64,000 nt of DNA, taken from contig OZ116709.1 in the NCBI GenBank assembly GCA_964199315.1, forward strand, positions 11,346,001 to 11,410,000. The letters run 5' to 3'. This stretch comes from Orbicella franksi. Lineage: Eukaryota. The position numbers were made by a program, and so were the translations under genes. The notes below the pieces were generated by a model that was not told where the DNA came from, ran no database searches, and saw only the letters and a program-made list of their open reading frames with translations. Numbering within the stretch: the stretch's first letter is position 1; every line of letters starts with the position of its first letter. Of this stretch, positions 47,801 through 60,247 are shown in pieces.

Positions 47801-48539
47801 CGTTATTATTCGTTTTCTATGATCATTAGAAGTTTGACAGCATTCAATATTGCCATTAAAGGACATTGAGAAGACTTGTTGTGCACCTTACCAAATTAAC
47901 ACTACATATATGGTTGGTATGAAAAGAACATTTGCAAGCGTTTTCTTTTTTTCTTGAGAAGAGCGGACAAACTTTGTAGGATAATTTCTATCTTCCTTAT
48001 GCTTTTAAGATCGTTGGTCTAAATGCGTTCGTTCGTTCGAAACGAAGTTACTGAAAAAAAGACTTCCTCTTACATCTATAAACATTATCTTTTTGCTATC
48101 TCAAGAATCTTCCGTTAGTCTTTCACCGAGTACTAAATTCCGAAGAATCACTGAATATAGAAGGTAAAAGTAAAGTTGTTTACATCCTTTTATAATTATG
48201 TACCAACAATGCAAACACGTCTTTTATGGTACACTTACCTCCAGCCAGCTGAAAAATAACGTAGGTTATCCCTCGAAAAACGGAAACTTTCCTGATGGCC
48301 ATCATGGCAATGCTAACGGCGGGGTTGATGTGTCCGCCACTGAGATGCAAGCTGCACATGGCCAGTGTGGCAATGCTGAACCCAAAGCACAAAGAAATCA
48401 GTTCCGTGGACGGTGGATGAAGCGGATTCCACGTGATGGTTGTACCAGTGGTAAGGAAAATGAAAAAGAAAGTCGCAATCAGCTCCACCAGGGCACTTGC
48501 CCAGAAATGGATACTTTTCAGCTCTGATATTAGCATCAT
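43108..48539 (-). CDS. AQP: Aquaporin AQP-D (254 aa; NPA/NPA; canonical water-type ar/R F-H-C-R; AQP4/AQP1-like)
   Basis: Exons 48539-48239, 45840-45605, 44506-44417 and 43245-43108, all GT-AG and in phase. Motifs [47 protein letters not shown] and VYWAGP. Ends ...ADSKL. Confidence 0.94.
43506..43604 (+). mobile_element. tRNA-like SINE head (family 2), truncated
   Basis: A box TGGCAAAGTGG and B box GGTTTAAGTCC, followed by GCCACCAGCTGGTGTTGCTCTCGGTAG, which is shared with 10330-10597. Confidence 0.65.
44842..44896. repeat. Compound (TTG)n(CTG)n microsatellite in AQP-D intron 2
   Basis: About 12 TTG followed by about 5 CTG units. Confidence 0.9.
45129..45384. mobile_element. MITE with GGGG termini (PIF/Harbinger-like)
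   Basis: TIR GGGGCACTTACTATTTACA / TGTAAATGGTAAGCACCCC (3 mismatches). TSD not clearly preserved. Confidence 0.6.
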
Positions 48540-51500
48540 TTCTGCTCGCGTTGACTGATCCGTCTGTTAATAAGCTTCCAGCTTGGCACCTCTCCGTTTG
48601 ACTATCTGGCAACGCTTCAGAGGACTTGGCATTTTATGTGTTTTGTTGATTTTTTGCGTCCGCTTTGGCTTTTGTAATGGAAATGAAGCACTAATTACGA
48701 CATCGAAGGAACTAGAACGTGATAAAAAGTTACTGAGCTTCACTCGCCTGATTTTATTGTAGTTCCGCTTTCGCTGACAATGTAAAATTCAAAAGCAAGA
48801 TGCTGTTGAAAGTGGAACGAGTATGAGCCATGGGAAACCATTGCCAAAAAAAGGGAATGAATCCATGCAAACTCCCTAATTCCCATTCAGGAGTTGTCAA
48901 AATGTAATTTCTCCTTCCAGTATTAATCAACTGTTAAACAGACAGGTGACAAGAACAAAGACTAACTGATAACAAACAAGAGGGCATTGTTGTCCTATGC
49001 CATCAAATGTTCACGGCTGACATGTGGAGTAGCCTTCAAGGACGACGAGACGTCCACGCGCACGGTAAAGAAGGCTGCATTCACCAGCCGTGGTAAATTG
49101 ATATTTCAGGAATGTCACTAATGGGTTCAGACACGCTTGCCTAGCGTAAGCTTAGAGCTTGTTAAGTCTAACTAATTGCATAAGGTATTTCCATTGTTCA
49201 GTGCCAGAACACCATATGCAAACTTAGCTTTACACCATTTCAAACTACGAGTTCCGGCCACAAAATGGTTCCGAAACGTCGACGGGAATGTGTCAAGAAA
49301 TATAGGTTTGCATGCGACGTCATCGGTGCCGTGTTGCATTGACGGCAAATGACAAAAGACTTCTATTTTACTTCTCTTCTCATTTATTATTCATAAACGT
49401 TACTTTGCTGCCACGATTTGTCATTTTGGTTCCAAAACAGGAATATTTTGTATAAAGTACTTTGGCTCTCTCTTACCACCTGCCTTGTTCTATGATTGAC
49501 AAATGAAACGAGACTGGCCTAGGTTCTGCAAACAGTGCCTGTTTGTTCATCTTTGTGTTGATTTTTGTGTTGCTTGGCCAACTGGGTCAACACAAGCTAC
49601 TTTGGTAGATTGAGGCAACTATGGCAAACAATTCTAAATGGCAATAGATTTTGGCCACCTCTCTGGCAAAAAAACAGCCAGGTAGATTTAATTAAAGATT
49701 TACTGTTACAAAAAAGCTGCAGCTGGTGGTGTCTATTTATTTTTCTTTGTTAGGAGACATTAGCACTACCAGGTTACTCCGAAATTTGAATGAAAATGAA
49801 GTTATGTTTGTATGTAGGTATGTCTCTGTACGGTGGTTTTATAACAAAGAAATAGTGTAAATAGCTCACGGATTTAATGGAGATGATGGCATCAGTAGCC
49901 TTACTGGATTTTAGAGGAGTGTGTTTGTCATTCATCCAACGATCTTAAAAGCATAGGTGCTTCATTCTTTACACACGTTTTCGAAAACGCTATTTTAACT
50001 CCAAGGTTTTTTTTTTTTTGTTTGGGCGAAAAAGTCCAATTTGGGCGAACACCAGATTCCACAGGAATGACCCAGTCCACCACAATTGCTGTAACAGTGA
50101 TGACGGTCTTAATCTTGTTTTGAGTTGATCCTTATCGGTTTGAAACCGTTCTCCCATAACGCTTAGATTTACTGGCTTTCTCACGGAGACCAGCTTACTT
50201 ATCCATACAAATGCAGTGCTTTCAGTGTGTATGTCTCCCATGATAATATTGCCGTTGATGCGAAGAATCTTCCAGTCACGATGCTCTGGCACACAGGATT
50301 GACATAGAAAATGCGATCAAGGCAGCAATCCAAATATCAGTCCAAATAATACATTTTTATATATAGGCCAGTTACCAAGCCATTCATAACTTTGAGTGAC
50401 AACCGGTCATCAGGCTGTTTCCAACTTAATATTGAAGAGTGTTTTGTCTAACTAACGTCTTGCAATGTCCGAAGCCAAAATAAATATGTAATTACTGACA
50501 ACAGTGCCAATTTAATGAATACCTGAAAAGTGTGATGCAATAAATGTCAAGTTCATCTCACATATAGACCTTACTCCCACGGTAATCCCTCTCAAGTTAT
50601 TTTTAGGTATAACATTCAGTCCTTTCCCCGGCTGATAATATTTCCATACGCACTGCGTAGATCTGTTTTATGGAGGATAAGAATGCGTGTTAAGCCACTT
50701 GGGCTGTACACTTGAGAAACATTCGCTTCGAAGGATTGGTTACTTTGAGGTCCTTTCAAGATTTTTTTAAGCTGGAAGTGATCTGAGAACGGTTTGAGGG
50801 GGATTCATTTAGGAGTAGGGGTGACATGTGGAATTTACTTCCTTACCTTCCATTCCGGCTCGCTTGGCCAAGAAAGGTCATACTAGACAACAACACAATC
50901 CAGAGCTGCCGAATACGTTCAGTATTTATTTGTTTCAGCTAGAAATTCCTTTCATCAACACCGCCTCAAGCTGGCCGAGTTCCTTATTAGTTAACGATCC
51001 AAGCCGTCCTATTGCTGCAGGTACTTTCAGATTCTGCCAACTCCAAGTTAGTCTCATCCAAGATCATTTCACTATTTGTAGTTTAGTTGGCAGCGAACGA
51101 AAGGCTGACTAATTGTTCCAAAGATGGAAGCAGAAATAAGAGATACGAGATTTTATTAATACTGAACAGGTTGCATGCATGCATGCATGTGGTACATGTC
51201 TGGAAAGAAGATGGCTCGTCGATCGCACACTGACAATAGAATTTGTTTTGAGTTTTGTTCTGAATATCAAGTGCATGCTAAAGCCCTGACCAAAACTGAA
51301 AAAAACTTGCAAGAATGTTAAGGCCCACCTAAGATTCACTTTTCAAAACGTATTCACTCAACTACAATGCTGCTTTTGCAGACGTTCAGGTCTATTTTCT
51401 CTAAACATTTGCAACGCTTCAAGTCCTTCACATCCGAGCCACGCCTGTGGCTCTTGGTCAACCGGTGGTTTCGAGCATATGGTATACAAGGATGTATCAA

Positions 51501-52844
51501 TTTTTTTTCTAGTTTGTTTATGAGTTTGTATCTAGTTCAAATTTGGATTCCCAGGATACTCCGCTTTTCTGTAACATTTGGTTAGTTGGGAAAGAATTTG
51601 TTCGTTGTTATGCTAGATGGTTTTGAATGATTGAGGTCAGCATTGGAACAACACCCCTCCCTCCCTCTTCTACTCATGATCACTTAGCTAATTTTCATAT
51701 TTTAAAAACTTGAATATCTCTAGAACGAAAAGAAATATTTCAGAATAGTAAACAAAATTCTTCAGACTTCTTGTCTATGTTTTAAAATGGCTTAAATTTG
51801 AAAGATGCGATTTTCGTCATAGTAGCACTTTAATTAAGGTTCTGCCGCAATATGACTGATGGAGGAAATTAACTGCCCGGCCGTCGCTTCAAGGCCCGTC
51901 TAACTCAAACCTGCTAACATTTTTTTAAAAACTGTCAATTACCGTATAAAGCAAATCTGTAAAATGGTTTGTAATGGAGGATGCAGTAAATAACAAAAGT
52001 GAATGTTATTTAAGTAAATGACAAAACACAGGACCACACAGCATTTTTACTTTTCTTGCAATATTAGTTACGGAGAATTGTTATACGAGCTAAGTGTTGA
52101 AGAGGCGTATTGGTGAACCATTACTTCCCCTCCCACTTCTCCTCTCGACTGACCCCGCTTAAGGTTTCTGCCGTGATATCGCTGACAAATAGAGATTTAC
52201 AGCCTCCAATTAAACCCTTTAATCCTTACGTCATCAATATTTCAATATCGCTTTAAAAATAGGAATGCTGTGTTATTGCAACTTTAATTGGAAACAATGC
52301 TCCAAATAAACCATTGATTTTATTGTTATGGACAGTTTCCCATTTTTTTAAACTAAGGCTCCTAGGAAGCTGTGAATTATTGTTAGAAAAACAGTAATAA
52401 TTGAGTCGCAGCTTAGATCATCAATCTTTTTGAACTTTTTAGCTGAATTTGTGAAGTAAAATTTGTCGGTTGCACGGTTTGTTTTCACCAGTTTGAAAGA
52501 CAAGCATGCACGAGATGGTTTAAATACGAGAATGCTGCAAAGTCCCACGAAATTTTCGATTGCGTTCACGAGTCTCAATCTAAAATTATCGTTCTGGTAT
52601 ATTTTTATGTAAATGATGTACCTAACACAAAGGGAATAAAGACCACATATTGAAATACTTCATTACCTAATTACTCCAACACCCGAATATTGGTTAATAA
52701 ATAATTAAGTGAATTCAAGTTGGAAGTTTAAACACAATGCGGAAAGTTTGGGTTAAACCTCCGACGACAAAACTGATTTTCCAATAATTAGCCACACGGT
52801 ACTTTGTGTCATGGCGCCTTAAGCGTATTGTTTGGTTTTTACTT

Positions 52845-52875
52845 ATCACCCAATCAAACTGACCAATAAGGAAAG
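52845..52875 (+). promoter_or_regulatory. Tandem CCAAT boxes upstream of the 53028 ATG
   Basis: CCCAATCAAACTGACCAATAAG, about 160-180 nt upstream of the proposed first coding exon. Confidence 0.35.
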
Positions 52876-53027
52876 CTTGTTGAATCGCTTCGAGCGAAAT
52901 CCTGTTGCGATCACGTATAACAAGGTTTCCTTGGGCAAATGAGCGCCAAGATCGCCGATCGTATCTCAGCTTTGGGGAAACTGTACAAGGTTTTTTAAAT
53001 GTTGTATTTTACGGCCAGTAGGAAAAT

Positions 53028-56000
53028 ATGGCTGATTCAGACTCTGGTACCCATGTAACGGACATCAGTGAGAGTTTTCCAGACGATTTTGAGCCAAGGA
53101 AAGAAGGTACACGCAATAGTTATTTTCCTTTTCGGGGAGTTTCAGGCCATGGTACATTAATTTGCTTATTAGCACTTTGTGCCCGTGTCCAAATATTCCC
53201 TCGTCAAAACAACTCTGATCCTACCGCGAAACCCGTTTTATAGTCATAAGTTCTTATAAGGTTTGTTCACGGCAAACGATGTCATTTTGGTCAGCAAATT
53301 GAAGGTTGCTGGTGATTCAAAATTCTTCCAAGCTGACAAAAGCGGTCTAATTATATCGTCTATGGCTCTATTTAGCTTGCATATGAGATGAAACGTTTTT
53401 TTTAATATCAAACGCATAAACCGAGTAACCAGGGTGCTAAATATCTGAAGCTCCGAGGTCATTATATTTGTACGAAATCCTCCCTGGAAAAAAATTTCTT
53501 CACTTGTTTTGTGTATTATTAAGCGAGCTTTTCTTGTAATTAAGGTAAATTCACTTTAAAATGTTCACGTGATCTGGAGTTATCTCGTGTGAAAACGTTT
53601 CTTTCCAAGCACTTGCTGGTGAAAAGTATATCAGATAACCTTGGCATATCTTACCATTGGTTATAGGAGATTTCCGAATTCGACCGAGTGTAAAACGGTT
53701 TTCCGGCTAATGCCCTAAATTCATTAATATATGTTTTTCAATTCGTATGATTGCGAGCTAGCCATAAGTTGATTACAATTAAAACAAATTAAAGTGTTCT
53801 GCAGCATGGTGACACTTCGATTTCGTGCGAAAGCGCGCCATTTGGACTCTCAATTCATCATACCGAATAAAAAACATAAACACAAACTAAGGGCTCACGT
53901 AAGTTCAAAAAACTTGTAATAGTGGAAAAAATTACAATCTGAAAGTTCTGAAACGTGGTATAAACAATCGGTGAAAACCGCCAAAAAGGGATTTATGGAT
54001 ACTTTTTAAAAGGGTACTTGATCTGCTTTCGCTGCGCGACTTGATAGGTTGGGTAGCTGATCTCATAGCGGCTTAAACTAAACTTTTGACTGCTGGCGTC
54101 ATCCGAATTTCTGCATCGAAAATAGAAAACACGAATAGAAATAGTGTCAAATCATGAAGTAAATTATAAGGTGGTTTGTTTTTCTCAGTTGGAATCCGTG
54201 CAAAAAAGGCATTGATGACTATAATGTTTGAGTCATCAGAGCATGTGATCTTGAAATGATCATACAGATTATGCTTATTATGTCATGGATATATTTATCG
54301 CACTGACATGTTCTACACACCAAATTCAATCTGGGTTTTGTGAACGGGAGCTTTTAATATTTGTGCTGAGCGGTAATTGGTACGTTCAAGCTTGCGGGTC
54401 TTTCTGTCTGTCCTGGATACAAATAAATCGCATTGTTTAACCTTTGTATCTCGTCCTTTGTGTTCCGGAACAGTACTACATCTTGTCTTTCATTTCATTT
54501 TTTGCGTCATCTCTGAACGGTTCCAACAGAGACAACTTAGCCTAACAATCACCTTTCCGTTCTTTTGTATAGCGTCGTCTTTAATGGCTGTAATCAACTG
54601 TCAAGCTTTTGATTAAATATATCCAGAGCTCCTCCATATCTCCACCATTTCTTTGATGGCCGAAAGTTAAATTTCCACCCTTTAATTGTTGGCGGTTAGC
54701 CGCATTTAGGTGCTTATTTTGCAACTCTGAAATAAGGAACAAGCAGTTTTTGATGTGCAGGATGTGGGGCTTATCATAAGCATGTTCGGTCCATAGCCTT
54801 TCCCACCTTATATATATTTGGAAGCGATTCTTGAACCTTCTTTGGTCCAATTCTAATGTATGCATGATGAGGACACCAATTAAAAAATCACACCGTACTG
54901 ATGAATAACGCTTAGGGGTATTTCAATAACTTTTTTTCTGTCTAGCAACACTGAAAGGAGTCGTGAATCAGGTGAAGACATTACAGTATTGGCTAATATT
55001 ATGTTACGAAACTTCACGTTGCAGCTTACATTTCTAAATAAAATGACATTTTCGTTTTTTTTTTAGCTATACTGCAACCAGTAATGGAAACAGGAAACAG
55101 TTTGCCCAACAACATCCCAGAAATGACTTCGGCTGAGATTAGCGGAGACGATAACGCTTGGAATCGATCGAGCTTATTGTCTGCAAGTCAGCAGCGTCGA
55201 AACAGTACGGGAAGCACTCCTCGCCTAATACGACACGCCCCAGGACGAGCCACCTCGCCTACTCCAACCATACAAAGCCGAACGTCATCGCCGGCACGTT
55301 ATGCAATAACCCATGCACCAGTATCTGCCTTCCACGTGCCCAATCAGGGTCCGTCATCTGCTCGTCACATGCCACACCGTGGTACATCTCCGGCGCGATT
55401 TGGTTCCAGCCGTTCTGCATCGCCTGTCTCCGCTCCAGTTCGACACTTGGCAGCTCGTGGGTCTTCTCCCGCTCAATTTCCAGCAAGTAGAGGGAATTCA
55501 CCCGCGGGGCGTGTGTCCCATCGTAAGCCCAATCCCACTGGACGAGCTAAAGGTCATGTTATAACACCAAGGAATCATTTGACCACTGCCAACGTACATG
55601 CAACTCCGAGAAGACACAAGAAATTGAATGGTAATGTTACCACTGCGCGGCGCCCCGCTCAGAACAGGACTCGGCGCTCTGCCGCTCCAAAGACGGTTAG
55701 CTATGGTGACTCACTGAGCGAAGGGGATGGAGCAGGATTTCTGAGAACCTTGGACAGTATTCCTGCACATTCGGGATCAAGGAGTGCCTACGATTTCGCC
55801 GAAGCCAACAGGCGTACCATCGCCAAACCCAAGCCCAAATTGAGACAACTTGATTTCACAGAAATAGACCTTGATGTGACTGAAGAGCTAGAAGAGTCAG
55901 ACGATCAAGCTGATGAGAAGTCATGGCTACCAACAGGAACATACGCTGTGTTCCTAGTTACTCTCTGGACGGCTGTGTTGAGACTTATCGATAGTGTAGA

Positions 56001-56397
56001 GGGGAATGGTCCTATGGCTTGTTCTGAAGGCGAAGAAACTCGTCTTTGGATCTGCGCAGCGTTCTTTTCGCTTGTGCAAGGTCTTGCGGAGGCCTTCTGG
56101 CAAAGAAAGAACCTGCTAAAAGTCATTTTCAGTATGTCCTGTCTGTTTGGGTATTTTATCATTTCGCATATTCAGCCTCTCTCGTGTCGTCTTGGAGAGG
56201 ATAAAGTCACGGAGATAAGCAAATGGCAGGCTGCTATCAACTTTTTTGTAAGTGCGCTGTTGGGAGTTAGGATTTATAGGCACGCTTTGGAATCGATGCA
56301 GGAACGAAAGATGATAAGGGAGAGAAAGAAGCGTAGGAGGCAAAGTGAGGATTCAGATGATGAAGTCTTTGAGGGATTACCAGAGGCTGTATTATAA
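53028..56397 (+). CDS. Uncharacterised protein: long Ser/Pro/Arg-rich N-terminus plus about four C-terminal TM helices
   Basis: Main exon 55067-56397 contains the 437-aa ORF from 55084 and has a strong acceptor (poly-T tag|CT). Candidate exon 1 53028-53046 (ATGGCTGATTCAGACTCTG|gt) joins in phase 1, giving MADSDSAILQPVMETG... Four hydrophobic segments at about aa 284-302, 321-339, 344-362 and 381-398 of the ORF. Confidence 0.75.
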
Positions 56398-57719
56398 CTT
56401 AGGATCTCAAAGACACTTTATCAAATGCTGATCTTACCCATATGCAAACTATGACGATATGATAGATATATGGTCTTTCATATATTCACTTGCATATGCA
56501 AACTAGTGACTCGTAACTGCGACAAGAACTTTCCTCGTTCATTCGCCTCTCATTTGTAAGGCACTAGAGTGTTTCCAGGCTTATTCCTTCCAGTATCAAT
56601 ACATTGTCCGGCAGGCGCGAAAATCATAAATTAATTGAAATTTTCTTGATTTGCCGGCAGATTCTCAAAACCAAACGATAAAAGAAACCCATGGAATCAG
56701 TGAGGAGAATAAACATTTTTAGCCTAGGATCGGTGAAACGGATGAAAATCTAGCGGTAACCAGAATTGGTCGTGCTACTTCAATAGGTGAGAGGCAAATT
56801 TATGGAAAAGGGGAGATTTCAAGTATTCTTGTTGCACTGGGAAAACAGCTGACATACACAGTTATTCCAAAGCACAAGCAAATACTGGGAAATGCGGTTT
56901 CATTATGAACCCAACTGGTCTGTGCGCTGAACGCCAGAACGTAGAACTAGCAAGTCGTCCTTGTATTATGTTCTTGGACAGAGCGCTTTACTCTGACAGG
57001 ATCTCTCGATCTCCCACCCCAGTGAAAATGTATCCTAGCAAATGGTAAACGGGGGGATTAATTTGACCAACGCTGGTGGTTGAGTGGTGGTAAATTAGAA
57101 CAAAACTTTCTATGTACGGTCTTCCTTTTGATTAAAACACCTTGTAAAATTGAAGCCTTACCAAAGTTTCTCTTGCTAAAATTATAGATGACGATGTTCT
57201 TATCGACAGAACTACATACAATAAGAGATCATCTTAGATATGATCTGTATTCAGTTTTGCGTCGTCCGGGGAACTCATTGACATCAGCTAGTATTTCATG
57301 TGTACTTCGTTTCCCGCGCTACTTAGTTAGACTTCAATAAAAAATACATTATTTTCATGGCTCCATTTTTCTTGGCTATCGAGTATTTTAATCTTTGTCC
57401 TTCCAGAACTTGTACCTCGCTACGTAACATGTACTTTTCCCTCTCCGTTAGCCACTTTGCAATCACTAGGAATTTTTGATTGTCTAGTGACTGCGACCTA
57501 ATGTACCTACCTCCTCCCCATCGCCCAGGTCTCTTTTGGAAGTCATCCTTTGCAAGGATTGTGGAGGGCGAAGAACGAACGGTTCTGTCTTATAATGGCA
57601 TGGTTACGACTACAGTAACATTTGCTTTTGTTCAGTAAAATGAATAACAGTTTCGATTTATTGCACTTTTTAGAGCTTAATTAAAACCAGTAAATCGAAA
57701 ACGTTTTTTGATACTCAAG

Positions 57720-58040
57720 GTTTATAAACAATAGCCTCCATTTGATGCGAAAATATGCTCGGGTATTTGTCCGCGGACATTATCTGTTCCGAGAAGGAAA
57801 TAGTTTTCCGAAAGCGTTGCTCGAGGAAAACCGTGAGCTTTGAGGAAGAGAATTTTTTAAGTGAAATGAAGGCTATTGTGTGTTTACAGGAGCTCCTGGT
57901 GTTTATTATCCGTCAAATATTTTTCTCAAAACGCAAAAAATTGGGGAATATTGCTCAGATATTCCCCAGTTTAGCCGGGGCATATTCAGTCACGTGACGC
58001 ATTTAGCCCAATCGCGCGCGAGAGAAAATATTTGTTATCA
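57720..58040. repeat. Interspersed repeat with internal inverted segments
   Basis: AATAGCCTCCATTT...GAAGGCTATT inversion. Non-coding character. Confidence 0.45.
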
Positions 58041-60247
58041 ATCTCTTGTTGTTATGTACATTTGCCAGCTCATTTCGAAATATTCTTAAGAGCGCTTATA
58101 AGTCTCTTGAGCAAAACACTGCCCCTCCCCCCTCCAACCTCGTTCGTTGTAAGGCCCACCTAAAACCAGAATATTACGCCATACAAAGATCATATGCGGC
58201 TCAGGATTCGCATGTCAATCTCACGGAGGGCCTTAAATTTTCTAAAGTGGGAACACTGGTACAAGTTTCTTGCACCGTACCTGAAAATATGAGCTATATT
58301 TCAATGTTTGAAATCTGATTTGCTTAAAAGAAACTACATGTAAAAAAACTCGAGAGAAAAAAATCATGATCAGCCCACACGAAATTTATCTCGACAGCTT
58401 TTGATCCTATGCGGAAAATATCGCGAGATGATATGAAATCGGGAATTGATGTTGACGTTAGAACCCGCCAACTGCAGGGCGGCTTGATTGATCAACCTAG
58501 TTGGGAAAACAAATTGCTCCAGGGCTGTGTTGCCGATGCGCGGTCTGCATTCTTATGTTCAAAACAGCAAAGTGCATGCTTAATACTTAAATCAGTAATA
58601 TATTTTTTTCTCCTATATAAATCATCACAAACCGCCCGTATATATTTTCCTCTGCAACGCCGATTACGATAAGATGTTAATCCTTCGAGTCATGCAAACA
58701 AGAGTTTACTTTAATTTTTTTTTAATTGGACACTCAACCCATAAAAAGAGGGACACACTGAAATAGCTGAAAAAAAAAATGGGACTAATCAGCTTAGAAT
58801 TTTTAAGCCGGAAAATCGTTTCTCAGTGGAGAATTTTATTAAGCAACATAAATGGCATGAACTTTAGAAGTCCACACCGAGCCAGGTAAGCGTTCTGAGG
58901 AGTTCTATCTAATTCCATTGTTATACTGATACCAAAACAGTGAATTTTCCAATTGCTTGCCTCATTGCCTAAACGACCGGTGTTTCCTTTAAAGTTGATT
59001 CGCTCCGATGCCAGAGGGGCTAATTTTGGTTTACTAATTAATTCCGGCGGGCGGTTTATTTTTATAGTTTTCGACTTCGAGAAGCAGCCGGCCAGTTAGA
59101 TCCGCGTTTACCTTAATTCTATTCCCTCCATACTGAGCCGGCGAACTGTCATAAGATTAAACCTTTCGAGTACCGCAAAAGCTCTTTTTTTTTTATCGTA
59201 GAATAAGAACGGAGAAGTGTTCCGCTGAAAATCTTCCAGTTGAAATAAGCATCACTTGTTTTACCGCCTTGTGAGGCGAGTCCCTTCTCTTCAGTTGAAA
59301 ACTGCGCACAAATAGGGCATGAAACCTGGGTGGATGGTGATGAATTTTGGTCCTTTTCTTCTCTTGCGGTTTTCGTTCTTTTTTTTTTTTTTTTAAAGTA
59401 CTGTAAGTAATTTACGACAGTATTCCTTGTGTGTAAACGACCGTCAGCATCTTTTATCGGATAGCAGTGGGTTTGAGTTGTGTTATCGAGTCATTGAATT
59501 GCATCAGATCTTTTTTTATTGCTTTTCCGTCACCATTTTCATTCTACTCATGATGACAAGGAAAGACTGCAAACAGATCTTTGTGGTTATTTTTAAATTT
59601 AAAGTGCGGAAACGACCAGCTTTTCCCAGCTTGCCACTGATAACACCACAAAGATGCAATGCTTTTATACAAAAAGAACTGCAAAACACACGATAACAAT
59701 GGTTGGTAACATACATACGGATATTAAGTATTACTATTTTAGAGTTTATAAATATGCAAAATGGGCTTCATATAAGTGTTTTTTTTTTTATTTACACCGG
59801 CAGAAGAGATAATGAAACTCTATGAAAATCGTGCAAGAAGGCAGAAATGACGTCACGACGTAAGTATACAACGTCACTGTCGCCGGAGAACTTTTTTTGC
59901 GGCAAAACGTACATTGTCTTCTACATCCTATCAATTTATCAAGCAAAACCGCTCCCGAAAATTTAGCTTAATAACACTCAAATACCGAAATTAGCAAAGG
60001 AGGCTTTTAGAGAAAACAAATGTTGACGTTGATCTCGGGCGGACATTTCTTTGACAATTGCTTTGCCATTGTTCAAAAAACAATAGGACAGGAAGAGGGA
60101 AACAATGGTTATCATTGCTGGATCACTAAGCAGCAGGTAAACAGTTTAAGTGCTTAGTAAATTTGCATAGCTATCTCGGTTTTGAAGTTACCAGTGAAGG
60201 CGCTTTATGAACCGACTTTGCTTGTGTAAGTGGAGTTCTTGTATACT

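Noticed and set aside
29233-48612. Antisense ORFs over each aquaporin first exon (29233..29517, 36331..36531, 40187..40768, 48198..48612)
   Set aside because: Expected stop-poor antisense frames of hydrophobic coding exons; no homology or splice support.
49565-54865. Short ORFs 49990..50292, 50828..51112, 53244..53462 and 54581..54865
   Set aside because: No recognisable motifs, convincing splice chains or clear starts; no extra aquaporin first exon upstream of AQP-D.
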